From positions 41,168,001-41,232,000 of the forward strand of contig OY740800.1 in assembly GCA_963514005.1 (NCBI GenBank): a stretch of 64,000 nt of DNA, read 5' to 3'. The position numbers and the translations under genes are program-made. The notes below the pieces were generated by a model. That model ran no database searches and had not been told where the DNA came from. It saw nothing but the letters and a program-made list of their open reading frames with translations. This DNA is from Raja brachyura. Taxonomy: Eukaryota. Shown piece after piece: positions 11,941 through 24,967 of the stretch; the first letter of the stretch is position 1; every line of letters starts with the position of its first letter.

Positions 11941-13659
11941 TAAACCCACGTGGTCACAGGGAGAATGTGCAAACTCCACACAGACAGCATGCGAGATTAG
12001 GATCGAGCCCAGGTCTCGGGCGCTGTGAGGCAGCGGCTCTACCCGCTGCGACACTGTTTTCCGTCCAACCCAAAGGCAAAATATCTTCAACCTGAAATGA
12101 TAAGCTCGTCTGCTTGGACTTTGACAGCAGGGGCAAGGGGGCATCCAGTCCCTTCCATGTTACCTGGTTCACAATCCAACTGCACCACCCAGCTCTCTTC
12201 ATTGCATTGCCTTAAGCGCTCCAGGGAAGTGGTTCACCCTTCCATCATCCCAGGGACAATAAACACTCAACATTAGCTCACACCATCCAGGAGAGGAAGC
12301 TATAAAGGTGAATATGAAAGCTGCACTTGTAATAGTACTTTACAGAAAGGGCCATTTGTCGGGGCACCATCCTCATTAAAAAGTCTCTGCCAAAGCTTTC
12401 TCATTTTTGTTACAGACACTTAAAGCAAAGAGATAAATCTGATGACGGCATCACATCAGGTTTGGCATCATCGGGGAAAATTGTGCTACAGGTTTTCTTC
12501 CATGGTTTTGTTTTCGGTTCCGGATCGCTTTCCGGACGTACCTTTAGAATGGAGACGAGGTGGCATTTATTTAGCCGGTGAATCGTTGCAATTCATTGCC
12601 ACGGTGGGCTGTGGAGGCCAAGTATTTTTAAAGGGGAGATTGATCGGTTCTTGATCAGTAAGGGCGTGAAAGGTTAGGGGGAGAAAGCGGGAGAATGGGG
12701 CTGGGAGGGAAAGATAGATCAGTCGCGATGGAGTGGAGGAGCAGACTCAACGGACTGAATCGCCTAATTCTGCTCCTATGTCGTGTGGCCTCATTGTCTT
12801 ATTATCAGCTAGATAAGAGCTATGATGAGTAAAGACTTGTGTTACCAGATCCACAACAAGGTTTTCCAATATAAATTGCAGATGGGAACAGGTAGCTAAT
12901 GGTGTGTGGATGAAAACAGAACTAACCCTCTTGTTAACTCTTTGAATCACTTCCCTCTGGAAGGCGACTCCGGGCTGTCAAAGCTGCCACAGCCAGACAT
13001 AAAACACGAGTAGCTGCTCTACTCATTAACCAAAAGTCTGTAGCCCTCTTTCACTCTGGTATTTTATTTAATTCACATGTTTAAACTTTAATGTTTTATT
13101 CGTAATTGTTTACTGTATGTCATGTTGTTACCTGCGAGCGGAGCACCAAGGCAAATACCTTGTATGTATACGTACTTGGCCGATAAACATTAATTCATCA
13201 ATTCATTCCTTCATTATCAGTGAATGGGTAATGGGATGTGATGGTTTCCATCACAAGCTGCCATCCATTCCATGATTTTCCTTCCCCCAGTCCCCACCCC
13301 ACCCACCCCACCCACCCCCACCCCTCTCTACTTCCACTGAAGAAGCATCTCAACCCGAAACGCCAGCCATCCTTTTTCTCCACAGATGCTGCTTGACCTG
13401 CTGATTCTATCATCCGTCCATGATTTGGAGGTGATGTGGTTTCCAGCCTCTTACAAATGCAATGTTTTAAACAGTTCATGGTGATGGAAGGAGAGAGGCA
13501 GCTTTCAGTCTGGGCTGGGGGGCTGCAACAAGCAGCAAGCGTTCACTGTTCATAAGACTTACCTCTTGAGTTTCTCCTTGGTGATTCGGGATGAACGTCG
13601 TTGATGTTCCTCATGAAACCTCTACTTGGATGGGTCATTGAGTAAAACATCGGCAGAAA

Positions 13660-14032
13660 CAATAGACAGTAGACAATAGGTGCAGGAGTAGGCCAATTGG
13701 CCCTTCGAGCCAGCACCGCCATTCAATGTGATCATGGCTGATCATCCACAATCAGTACCCCATTCCTACCTTCTCCCCATATCCCCTGACTCTGCTATTT
13801 TTTAGAGCCCTATCTAGCTCTCTCTTGAAAGCATCCAGAGAACCGGCCTCCACCGCCCTCTGAGGCAGAGAATTCCACAGACTCACAACGCTCTGTGAGA
13901 AAAAGTGTTTCCTCGTCTCTGTTCTAAATGGCTTAATCCTTATTCTTAAACTGTGGCCACTAGTTCTGGACTCCCCCAACATCGGGAACATGTTTCCTGC
14001 CTCTAGCGTGTCCAAACCCTTAACAATCTGAT
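13660..14032 (-). mobile_element. CR1-type LINE 3' fragment
   Basis: ORF 13752-14069, [20 protein letters not shown]...[11 protein letters not shown]. Confidence 0.9.
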
Positions 14033-14620
14033 ATCTTTCAAAAACAAAACCACTTTCAGATAGGCACATGGAAGTGCGAGGGATAGAGGGATATTGAGGA
14101 TGTGCAGGGAGATGAGATCAGTTTAACTTGCCATCATGTTCACCACAAACATTGTGGGCCGAAGGGCCTGCTCCTGTGCTGTGTACTATCTTCAACAAGG
14201 ATCTGCAGACGTTGGTTTACAAAAGAGGACACAAAGTGCTGGAGAAACTGAGCGGGTCGGTCTGCATCTCTGGAGGACACGGATAGGTGACATTTTTGAT
14301 TGGGACACTTCTTCAAACTGGTTGTAGAAGAGAAAGTTGCAGGTGGGACAAAGCCTGGTGAGTGATAGGTGGATACAGGTTAGGGGGTAGGGTGTCTGAC
14401 TGCTTGGTCTCCTCGACCTCGAGGCTGGTGAATCTGTGGAGGCCGTCAATGGACATCTTTAAGGTGGAGATAGATAGATTCATGTGTCAGGGGTTATGGG
14501 GCGAAAGTGGAGAATGGGTTGAGAAGGAAAGATAGATCAGCCACGATTGAATGGCGGAGTAGACTTGATGGGCCAAATGGCCTAATTCTGCTCCAATCCC
14601 TTATGAACATGAACTGTTAA

Positions 14621-14941
14621 TAGCCCTGTCCCACGGTGCGAGTTCATTCCAAGAGCTCTCCCGAGTTTAAAAAAAAATCAAACTCGTGGTAAGCACGGAG
14701 AATGAACGTAGCGGGTACGTCGGAGCTCGGGGACGTCTCTTAGCGCAAACGGCAGGTACTCGGGAAGACTCGCTAACGGCAGGTAAGCACGGGAAGACTC
14801 GTGAAGATTTTTCAACATGATGAAAAATGTCCACGAGAGCCCCGAGTACCGACGAGCGGCCATTACCGTAAATCTCCGAGTTCGATTCAGGGCAAACTCG
14901 GGAGAACTCTTGGAATGAACTCGTACCGTGGGACAGGGGTT
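14621..14941. mobile_element. PIF/Harbinger-type MITE
   Basis: Inverted ends of ~45 bp: ccctgtcccacggtgcgagttcattccaagagctctcccgagttt / aaactcgggagaactcttggaatgaactcgtaccgtgggacaggg. TAA flanks. Confidence 0.8.
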
Positions 14942-15063
14942 TAAGTGTGAGAGTGGACAATGCTAAGCAAAGTACCGTTTATGAACCTCCTTGTCTTGCA
15001 GCCACTTGATGGGCCAAATGGCCAGATTCTGCTCCTATAACGCGTGACCTTGTGCTCCCGCAG

Positions 15064-15271
15064 GTGTGACGAGTACGTGACGCAGCTGGACGACATGCAG
15101 CGGCAGCTGGCCGCGGCGGAGGACGAGAAGAAGACGCTGAACTCTCTGCTGCGCATGGCCATCCAGCAGAAGCTGGCCCTGACGCAGCGACTGGAGGACC
15201 TGGAGTTCGACCACGAGCAGTCCCGGCGTGGCAGGACCAAGCTGGGCAAGGCCAAAGTCGGCAGCCCTAAA
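15064..15271 (+). CDS. BICD1: BICD1 coding exon (end of CC3 cargo-binding domain)
   Basis: Acceptor cccgcag|G completes the phase-2 Arg codon. Encodes [69 protein letters not shown]. Strong donor AAA|gtaagt. Confidence 0.97.
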
Positions 15272-15358
15272 GTAAGTGTGGACACCGAGGCTGGCAGCAT
15301 ACCTTTCCCCGCTGCCATTGACATTCTGACTCTGATTAACCAGGGGTCAGAGCAGTGA
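15272..15358 (+). CDS. BICD1: BICD1 alternative exon extension past the gtaagt donor ([28 protein letters not shown])
   Basis: In-frame continuation resembling the recalled human extension VSGEASVTVPTIDTYLLHSQGPQ. It ends either at TGA 15356-15358 or at an overlapping phase-2 donor CA|gtgagc (15354/15355). Confidence 0.55.
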   Translation, partial: VSVDTEAGSIPFPAAIDILTLINQGSEQ

Positions 15359-16886
15359 GCCAAGGTCAGCCCGTCTCCAGTGGTGCTTTAAGGACGGGAC
15401 CATGCAGTGACATGGCTAGGACATTCTCAACCCAGAGTAAAGGAGTGTTTGATGACAAACAACCAAATGGAAATCAATGCTGCAACATTCCTCATCAAGA
15501 GTCCTAATTGTTCCACAACTTTATTTTCCATAACCTGATATTTGTGCTTTTGTTTCACATTAGTACATTATTTTACTGGAACGGGTGAGAGCTTTCAGGA
15601 GGACAGTGAGGTTTAATTTTGCTTAACCCCAAAAGCCTTTGCAGTTTGGCAAGAGTTTGTATTAACCACTGCCGGGGGAAGTAGACACTTCATCGTACAA
15701 TATGCAGTGACCATCTCTGAAGACCTCTACTCTTCGATACCAGTGTTATCCAAAGAAAGGTCGTTGGTCGCCCACTCACAGCGGAGATGGGCCAAACCTA
15801 GTAACAGCTGGCAGAAAGCAGGCGCGCTGAGTTCACCCATTCCCCAACTCTGACCCTTTCCTGTTTTAAGAGTGAAGTGGCGTAGTAACCTCAAAGGGAA
15901 GGGAAGGGAGGGACCTGGTGAAATCTCATTGAAAATGTCATTAACGTCCAACAAATACACAGTTGCTCTCCGGACATCAACGCCTCCTTTCAAATCTACT
16001 TAGCTGCGTTTAATCCAATTAATTTGGATTGGAACATGGTCCAGGCTGCAGATTTGATGAGGTTAGAAAAATCGTCCTGGTTAGGACTGGAATTGATGTT
16101 CGACATTCAGAACAGATCACATGGAGTCCAAGATATAGAGGCTGAGACATAGTCTGGAAAACAACTGTGCCCTGTTTGAAAAATAGGAATTTTAAAGTAT
16201 TAAAAACTCTTTTCAGAGGCATTAAGCCATAAAGAATGATTTCTGAACTGTAGCTGTGAGCTGCTTTGTAACACTATTAATCCCTCTGGTGAGTTCCGAA
16301 AAGAGTATAAACCGTCTATTGTCCCAGAGTGAGTTATCAATCTCTCATAAACCGGCAAAGAAAATGTAGCCCCATAACACAGTCCTTTAGCACGTTTGAC
16401 TCAGCGTTAAACATTACTTGTATGCGCAGCATCTTCCATTTTGAGTTTATTTGTATTTGCAAACTTTTTTTTTTGATGCTCTAACTCAGTTCTTGTAGCG
16501 AGTACAGTGGGGATTTCAGGTGGAGTTACATAGGGGAAATTTGAGGCGTTCACAACAAGGTTACTAATTAAGGGTGATGTTAGTTTTTATGGTATTGAAT
16601 CAATGCACAGTGATATCTGAAGAAATAGCTCATGCGGTGATACAAGGTGGTTATATGGAGATGGTCATGTACAGAAACCAACGAGAGGAAAACAGTCAGC
16701 AGTTTCATCATTGTGGAATGAATCAGGATTCATTCATAACTTTTTGGGATATTGGATCATGGATGCAGGATCAGGGATCAGACATTTAAAAACAGAGGTG
16801 AGATTTCTTTGCTGGAAGGATTATGAGCCTTTTAGAACCCTCTGCTGCAATGACGGGGATTGTCAGATGCTGAGACTGTTCAAGGC

Positions 16887-17215
16887 AGAGCTTGCTTGAT
16901 GTTGTACACAACGAGAATCGAGGGATGTGGAGATGGGGCAGATGGTTGGAACTGAGTAGAAGGTCAACCATGTTCTTAGAGTCTTGGAGTGATGGAAACA
17001 GGCCCTTCGGCCCAACTTGCCCACACCGACCAACATGTCCCATCTACACTAGTCCCACTTGCCTGCATTTGGCCCATATCCCTCTAAACCTGTCCGATCC
17101 ATGTTCTGTACCTGCCTAATTGCTTCTTTAACATTGCAATAGTCCCTGCATCTTCTCGAACAGCAGAGTGAGGTCAGGACACGGAACGATCTACATTGCT
17201 CTTAAATCCACATAT
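16887..17215 (+). repeat. Local direct duplication, copy 1 (copy 2 at ~26021-26345)
   Basis: The colinear composite gagcttgcttgat.ttgtacacaa.gagaatcgagggatgtggagatggggcaga...aacagagtgagg...acatat is shared by both copies. Confidence 0.85.
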
Positions 17216-18027
17216 TGCAAAAAACGGCTGGAGTCCTAAGAAAGATCCCGCCCTGAAACATCACCAATATATAAGTTACCTGGAGATGCCGTCTGAGCTG
17301 CTCCAGCACTTTGTCTTTTTTTGGTTGGAAACCTTTTTCTGATTTCTATTCCTTCTGATACTTTGAACTAATTCCCAGTGAAAGTATTTTTCTTCTCTTG
17401 CTAAGAACTAAAGTGCAGGAGCAGATCACATGATCTGAATTTTGCCCTCGACTCCATTTTCTTAACCTCATCCCCATAACTCTTGCTTCCTTCCTCTGCA
17501 GTCCGGACATTCCATTCAGAGATCCAGGGATTTGCTATGGATTCAGGAAAAGGAGCTTCTCCTTTCATTCTTCACTGGTTGATAACTTCTCCTGAAACAT
17601 CTCGCTTCTACAGGCTCCCTCCATGGAAACCTTCCTCATAGCATCTACCCCGACCGTGATCCCCTGAGCACTGGCCTGTTCCAATGGCATTTCAGAGGCT
17701 GTTAGATAGGCACATGGAAGTGTAGGGATCAATGGTTCAGTGGTGATTTTATTGTCACGTGTACAAAGTGCCAACAGTGAAATGTATTAACAGTCCAGTA
17801 GAGTATTACCCTACCCCCCAATCCCCGATTAGCAAGCGTACAGAAATAGTCCGCTGACCCCGCATGCACGAGGCACCATGTTTAGGGACCATTTTCTAAG
17901 TCCACGCTCCAGTTCCTGTGGGCGGTGCTTGTTCCAAGCAAGTCCCAGGCTGTTTTGGGCCTCCAGCCATCGCCATCCTTATACACCACGTCCCTCTCCT
18001 CGTCCAGTTAGACTCCCAACTTTTATT

Positions 18028-18315
18028 TGGACAAGGGGTCACAGCTTAAGGATAAGGGGGAAATCCTTTAGGACCGAGATGAGAAGGACTTGGAACTGTG
18101 GTGGGTCTCTGGAACTCTCTGCCACAGAGGGTAGTTGAGGCCAGTTCATTGGCTATATTTAAGAGGGAGTTAGATGTGGCCCTTGTGGCTAAGAGGATCA
18201 GATTGTATGGAGAGAAGGCAGGTACGGGATGCTGTGTTGGATGATCAGCCATGATCATATTGAATGTCAAATGGCCGAATGGCCTACTCCTGCGCCTAAT
18301 TTCTATGTTTCTATG
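18028..18315 (+). mobile_element. CR1-type LINE 3' fragment
   Basis: Near-identical to 11630-11935. Confidence 0.85.
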
Positions 18316-18319
18316 CTTA

Positions 18320-18950
18320 AGCTAAACGCAATACGCCACGCACCACCGCCCCGACGCTGCAGTGCAGTGCAATTAGTGCCGTGACGTCACGATGACATGC
18401 ACCTCTGGTGACCTTGCCCGCCACCCAAAAATAAACCAATGTCGAGGTGACCTGCAACCTCCTACCACCTCCCACGCGTATGTTGGAAACCTTCCTCGAC
18501 TATGAAGAAAAACGGCTTCGACTAGACATGCGATTAAAAAATGATCGATTTTTAAAACAGAAAACTATTTTCAGTCGAGGCCGGTTTTAATCATGATGAA
18601 AAAATAGCAGTGACCTAGATGAAGCCTCGACCACGCGAAAACCACTTTCAACCATTAGGGAGAGTGACCAAAACCTCCTGTGACCTGATGGAAACCTTGT
18701 GTGGCGGGCAAGGTCACCAGAGGTTGCTGTTTAGGTCTCCTAAGCGGGACAGGCCCTTTGTTGACAGGCTGCTGTAGGTTGTTGTAGGTTGTTGTAGGTG
18801 TTGTCGTCGACGGACGTCCCAATTCGCGAGGAGTTGTGTCGCCGGTCAACGTGGCTTGTCGTGGCTTGACGTCGACTCGGTGGTAGCTTGTCGGAGACAT
18901 TGTCGTGGGGTGGGTCCAGATTTCTCACTCTCTACTCTCACCCAATGCTG
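18320..18950. mobile_element. Nested or truncated Harbinger-type MITE cluster
   Basis: Inner inverted repeat acctctggtgaccttgcccgccac (18401) / gtggcgggcaaggtcaccagaggt (18701) and a right TIR gggacaggccct at ~18757. CpG-rich fragments of other MITEs lie on both sides. Confidence 0.6.
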
Positions 18951-19488
18951 ACAGGTCTGCCATCCACCTTTGTTCCCCGGGGGGTGGGTGCCTCCTTTGA
19001 GGGTGCGGTGGGCCAGATCCCAGATCCCTCTCCTCTTCTACCCTCATCGCTGCTCGCGACTGTCTTTAGCCTTCGGGGGACGAGCAGGGGCTGGCACAGC
19101 AGCCTTCCCCCTTCCGGGCCAAATCGATGGATATGGACCATGTACCAGCAGTCGAGATCAGTTTAACTTGGCATCATGTTCAGCACAAACATAGTGGGCC
19201 TGTGCTGTTCTGTTCTATCAGATTGTTGCTCATTATTCTGAACCGCGTTGAGTACATCCTGCTCATACCTTTCCTCCTCCATGCCAGCAACAAGCCTGTG
19301 AACCTCTAAAGCAGCTACTTCCTTCTATAAATAAGGAGACCAAAACTGAACGGAGCCGTGTACAGTGTCAGCCAGATTTCCCAACTTTTGTATCGAACCT
19401 TACCTTCCCATTTACCTGTTCTACCTGTGGGCCGAAGGTTGTCTTTGTACACTGCCATTTAATGACCCATTTAACACACCATTGCATC

Positions 19489-19797
19489 TTAGTTTAGTTT
19501 AGTTTAGAGTAAAGGTACAACGCTCAAACAGGCCCTTCAGCCCACCGAGTCCGCACCGACTGGCGATCAATGAACATTAATGCTATCCTACACACACTGG
19601 GGACAATTTTCACATACACCCAGCCAATTAACCTACAAGCCTGTATGTCTGTGGGAGGAAACCGAAGCACCTGGCGAAAACCAACACAGGTCGCGGGGGG
19701 AACATACAAACTCCGTAGAGACAGCACCCGTAGTCAGGATGGAACCCGGGTCACTGGCGCTGTAAGGCAGCAACTCTACCGCTGCGCCACCGTGCCG
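19489..19797 (-). mobile_element. HE1 SINE, full length
   Basis: Similarity to the other copies. Confidence 0.9.
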
Positions 19798-20257
19798 CAC
19801 TTTATTCTTTCTACCAGTTTTCTTCATCCTTTATTTACCCGAGTCGCTTTGTACCTCCTTAAAGCATTTGCAACGCTCAAGGTTAGATCATTTCCCCACC
19901 GACCGACCCTTTAATAACACAAGTATAAAGAGCCAACACTAGAGGGCACTGGAAGCACTTTAACAGCATCCCAAATGGTGATGAAATGCTTGTACAATAT
20001 TTACACTTCATTTCCCCACTCGTCAGTGAATCCTTTTCATCAAATCTTCATTCTAACATTATTTTATGCAAGTTCATAAGTGATTGGAGCAGAATTAGGC
20101 CATTCGGCCCATCAGGTCTACTCCGCCATTCAATCATGGCTGATCTATCGTTCCTTCTTAACCCCATTCTCCCCATGACCCCTGATACCCGTACTAATCA
20201 ATGTTAAATCTTTCAGGGTTTAAATTTTTTTTTAACTGGTTTAGTGGAATTTTAAGT

Positions 20258-20586
20258 GTGGAGATACAGCTTGGAACAGGTCCTTCCGTCCACCAAGTTC
20301 CACACTGTCCATCAATCACCCGTTCACACTAATTCTATGTGACTCCACTTTCTCATCCACTCCCTACACACTCGGGGCAATTTTATAGATGTCAATTAAC
20401 CTGCAAAACCCGCATGCCTTTTGAATGTGGGAGGAAACCGGGGCGCCCGGAGGAAACCCACGTGGTCACGGGGAGAACATGCAAGCTATTACATGGAGAA
20501 CACACACACAGAGCGCCCAGGGTCAGGATCGAACCTGGGTCTCTGGCGCCGTGAGGCAGTAGCTCTACCAGTGGCGCCACTGTGCC
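20258..20586 (-). mobile_element. HE1-like SINE (variant tail subfamily)
   Basis: Same head and core, with the variant cacccgttcacacta...ccactttctcatccactcc segment. Confidence 0.82.
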
Positions 20587-21341
20587 TCTCTTTAAAAAAA
20601 AATCAAATCTTCATTCAAACGCCATTTTATATTAAATTGTTGACATGATATCTTTTAAAAACTCCGACTGATTTAGTGTCACTTATTCCAGTTGTTAATA
20701 TCAGAGGTGATAAATATAATACTGGATGTTAAGAGGAGGGATGTGGCCCTTGTGGCTAAGGGGATCAGGGGGTATGGAGAGAAGGCAGGTACGGGATACT
20801 GAGTTGGATGATCAGCCATGATCATATTGAATGGCGGTGCAGGCTCGAAGGGCCGAATGGCCTACTCCTGCACCTAATTTCTATGTTTCTAATACAACTC
20901 TATCTTTAGGGAGACCAGCCTTATGGAAGTGGTTCATTCTCTTTAAAGCCATGGTTTGGAAACAGATTGCAGGAGGAGACAGCGGGAGGGATGCCTGAAT
21001 ATTCCAATATTCACCGCTCTGCTAAATACCCTTTCAGAAGACTCGTTGTGTGACGTTACTCATTTCATGGCTATGGATTGCAGTACAATGATGCGCCCTA
21101 ATAATTTCATGATTAACAAACTTGAATATGCATTCACTTAAATTAAAATATAGTCACATCCCATGTTAAGAGGAGGGATATGGTGCTGAAAAACACCTTG
21201 CTAGTTGAGACAGTATTACTCAAAGTATTAATTCTGTGGGCTATTGGAGGACAGGTATTAAGACTTAATTAATTCACATTATAATAAAAGGATATTTGGA
21301 CACAAAGTAGTAAAATAATAAAGAGGATTAAAACTTTCAAA

Positions 21342-21572
21342 GACACAAAGTGCTGGAGTAACTCAGTGGGTCGGGCAGCATCTCTGGAAGACATGGATAA
21401 GTGACGCTTCGGATTGGGACCCTTCTTCAGACTCAAGACTCAGGTCTGAAGAAGGATCCCAACCCAAAGTATCACCTATCCATGTCTTCCAGGGATGCTG
21501 CCTGACCCACTGAGTTACTCCAGCACCTTTTGCCTTTTTTTGTACACCAGTATCACCTGCAGTTCCTTGTGT
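21342..21572. mobile_element. Inverted pair of Penelope-type terminal repeats (long hairpin)
   Basis: gtgctggagtaactcagtgggtc...cccttcttcagac followed by gtctgaagaagg...gacccactgagttactccagcac. Confidence 0.8.
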
Positions 21573-22565
21573 CGGCACTAAAACTCGACTCACTAACTGC
21601 AACCCTGAAATTATAAATTGATTTCATTTGAAGAGGAAAACTCCTGCCTGAAGGAGAAGGTGATCCTCGGCTGCTATGGTTGCTTCCTTGTGGAGGCCTT
21701 GTGACATCGGTCGGCTAATTGGTGCATCGTTTAAAGTTGAGACTCCTTTGAGCTGAGTCTAGTTTATTGTCACGTGCACCGAGGTACAGGGGAAAGCTGT
21801 TGTTGCAGAAAGACAATACACGATTACAATCGAGCCATCCACAGTGTACAGATACAGGATAGAGGGAATAACGTGAATAATATTTAATGCAAGATTCCCG
21901 ATGGCATCTGTTGTGCTGCTGCAAGTGAGAATTACATTGTTCTGTCTGGGGCACATGACAATAAAATACTCTTGACTCTTGAGTCCTCAAACTATGTTCA
22001 GTCTATCAGAGGATTTATTGAATGGCTGTAGCCCCGATGGGCCACTTCGCACATTCTGGACGCGGCAAAGTTCTAGTCTCTCTTGGGGATGCAAGGAATT
22101 GCAGATGCTGGAATCTGGAGAAACAAGTTGTCACATTATATTAAGTATGTTCATAAGTTGTGGGAGCAGGAATGTGCGGGGATCGCTGCGCTGGTCAGCA
22201 CGGACTCGGTGGGACAAAGGGCCTGTCTCCGCACTGCAACTTCTAAACTAAACTAAACAAATACCAGATATCATGAAATTATCCATGAAATAGTTTTCCC
22301 ACCGCACCTCGTGGTCTTGAGACTTTTCACCTGCAAGTTGGTGATTATAAATATTAGTCCCTGTTTTAGAAAATAACATTAGCAACATTATCACATAACA
22401 GTATTGCAGCGAGGGGCAGCTGATTGAAGCCTTTCCGTTTTACCAAGGAAGTCAATGGAAATATAAATCAGGAGGACTGAAAAAAGAAAAAAATCTGGAG
22501 TAAATCAGGGGGTCAGACAGCATCTCTGGAGAAAGGGAATAGGTAGACACAAAATGCTGGAGTAA

Positions 22566-22806
22566 TGCCCCTGTCCCTCTTAGGAAACCTGAACAGAAAC
22601 CTCTGGAGACTTTGCGCCCCACCCAAGGTTTCCGTGCGGTTCCCGGAGGTTTTTGTCACTCTCCCTAACGGTCAAAAATGGTTTCCGCTTCTTCTATGTT
22701 CCGGCCATTATTTCAAAAAATTGAAAAAACCTCCGGGAACCGCACGGAAACCTTGGGTGGGGCGCAAAGGTTTCCGTTCAGGTTTCCTAAGTGGGACAAG
22801 GGGCAT
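22566..22806. mobile_element. PIF/Harbinger-type MITE inserted in a Penelope-type terminus
   Basis: TIRs tgcccctgtccctcttaggaaacctgaac / gttcaggtttcctaagtgggacaaggggca. It splits the host motif ggagtaa|ctcag at a TAA target. Confidence 0.85.
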
Positions 22807-23043
22807 ACCTCAGTGGGACAGGCAGCATCCCTGGCATAGGAATAGGTGACGCTTCTGGTCGAGACCCTTCTTCAGACAATCTCATCATTTACACAAGGTC
22901 AAGGTCTAGCCATTTTCCCTCAGAGGAAGTGTTTGTTAGTCATTGTTTAAACATTGTTGAGGCTTGAGTGGGGCTAATATTGAGAATAAAACAGGGTGCA
23001 TCAGAGCGGTGACTGCGTTGCATCGTGTGGTTGTGGTGTTGAT

Positions 23044-23161
23044 GAGGTGGGGTGGGGGTGAGGTGGGGTGGGTGGGGTGGGGTGGGGTGGGTGGGGTGTG
23101 GTGGGGGGGTGAGGTGGGGTGGGATGGGGTGGGGGGGTGTGGTGGCGGTGGGGTGGGGTGG
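23044..23161 (+). repeat. (GGGGT)n G-rich tract
   Basis: Many consecutive G3-G7 runs with short spacers. Confidence 0.9.
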
Positions 23162-23293
23162 TCGTGTGTGTGAGTTGGGTGAATGGTTGCTGGTGCTTAC
23201 ACAAAATGGCTCCAACACTTGTATGCAATCCTGTTGGGGGTTCCTGGGATCCAATAGTGTGCTGAACCCCTAGACCAGGGATCACATAAGACG

Positions 23294-23515
23294 GACACAA
23301 AATGCTGGAGCAACGCAGCGGGTCAGGCAGCATCTCTGGAGAAAAGGAATAGGTGACTTTTCGGATCGAGACCCTTCTTCAGTCGGGGAGAAGGAAACCC
23401 CAACCACCTCTTGAATGCATCCCGTATTAAACTTTCCTCATCCCTGACTCTCAATCTGAAGAAGGGTCTGGACCCGAAACGTCACCTCTTCCTTTACTCC
23501 AGTAATGCTGCCTGT
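23294..23515. mobile_element. Inverted pair of Penelope-type terminal repeats
   Basis: A minus-strand copy ending cccttcttcag, followed by a plus-strand ctgaagaagggtctggacccgaaacgtc copy. Confidence 0.7.
23456..23483 (+). ncRNA. Minimal hammerhead ribozyme motif
   Basis: CUGAAGA-A-GGGUC(UG)GACCC-GAAA-CGUC. Confidence 0.7.
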
Positions 23516-23616
23516 CTCATTGTTCCGTTCACCTCTGTGTTTTTTTTTACCTCTGTGTTTTTCGGTGGCTGACAGTGAGACAACGCACGCCCACCGCGTA
23601 GCTCCTGGACAGGAAC

Positions 23617-23906
23617 TTTAGTTTAGTTTTGAGATACAGCGAGAAAACTTGCCCTTTGGCCCACCGAGTCCACACCAGCCAGCGATCCCCGCACACTAAC
23701 ACTATCCTACAAACACTCGGGACAATTTTACATTTAAAGCCACTTAACCTAGAAACCTGTACGTCTTTGGAGTGCGAGAGGCAACCAAAGATCTCGGAGA
23801 AAACCCACGCTTGGCACGGGGAGAACGTAGAAACTCCATACAGACAGCAGCCGTAGTCAGGATCGAACCCGGGTCTCTGGCGCTGTAAGGCAGCAACTCT
23901 GCCGCG
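23617..23906 (-). mobile_element. HE1 SINE
   Basis: Similarity to the other copies. Confidence 0.88.
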
Positions 23907-24958
23907 CTTGTATAAAACACGTCCGATTGTGTATCGCTGCCTTCTGAATCATACACACCTTGACTAATGTGGAAACCGGACCAGATGATGAATATACTCT
24001 TTCCAATCACTCTACTCAAAAAAAAGTACAACTTTTAAGACTATCGGTGTAGAATTGCTTGCCAGGGTGAATCTGGCATCACTGATGGTGTGCCTTAAAG
24101 CACCACTGTCTGACCTTCAGAGATAGTCATCTTATTGTACCATGCTGGCCTTCTACCAAATGAATTTTATGGACTATTAATTCATTCCCAGATCAGGATT
24201 GTTAAATCTCGGAGATGCACTTCCAACAAGTAAGGGGGGGGGGGGAGGAAACAGAGCCAGCTCTGTATAATGACTAAGATTTGTATGCAGAATTCTGGAA
24301 GAATAAATATAACTTTCCGGCTAATAAAATTTGGTTAAATCTGACCGTATGTTCCTAGCTGACTGAAATTTTGCCCAAGAAATGAATGCACTCAGAATAC
24401 AAAATGATCACAACTGAAATTGATATCGTTAACACGAGGTTACTCGAATAATCGACTGCAAAATCCTCGCAGCTTAATAAAATAATGTTCAGTAATAACA
24501 TTGGACTGTCAAAGGCAAAAAGCAGTATTTTGTTAAAAAAGTGTCGCCACATGGTGGTATTAGTTATTCCTTTCATGAACTGCCAATGGTGGTTACAGTT
24601 AAGGTGTATTTGAAGGACAGAATTATTTTTATTAAGTCGTGGACATGATCTGTGTATCAAAGGTAAAATTGCTGTCAGCTATATATATATATCCAAGTCA
24701 TCACTTGATGTACTTTGCATACAAATCATTTACCTTCAATGCACACTGTTTATTTAATGCCAACTAACAATACGCCTCTGAACTGTTGTATAATGTATTT
24801 GTAAATTGAACTGTAAATAGCAGGTATCCAGACTTATATGTTAAATATTGTTCTGTGTACTGTGTTAATGAAACCTAACAATACATCATTAGACTACAAT
24901 GTTTGTTTGTTTTTTAACTTTCTGCTAATTACTAACATCATTTGTCAAATATTTCCAG

Positions 24959-24967
24959 AGAGATTTA
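24959..24967 (+). CDS. Candidate 9-nt BICD1 microexon (AGAGATTTA, RDL)
   Basis: U-rich tract, perfect TACTAAC at 24930-24936, tttccag acceptor and a gtgagg donor 9 nt later. It lies in a repeat-free intronic island. No transcript evidence. Confidence 0.35.
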
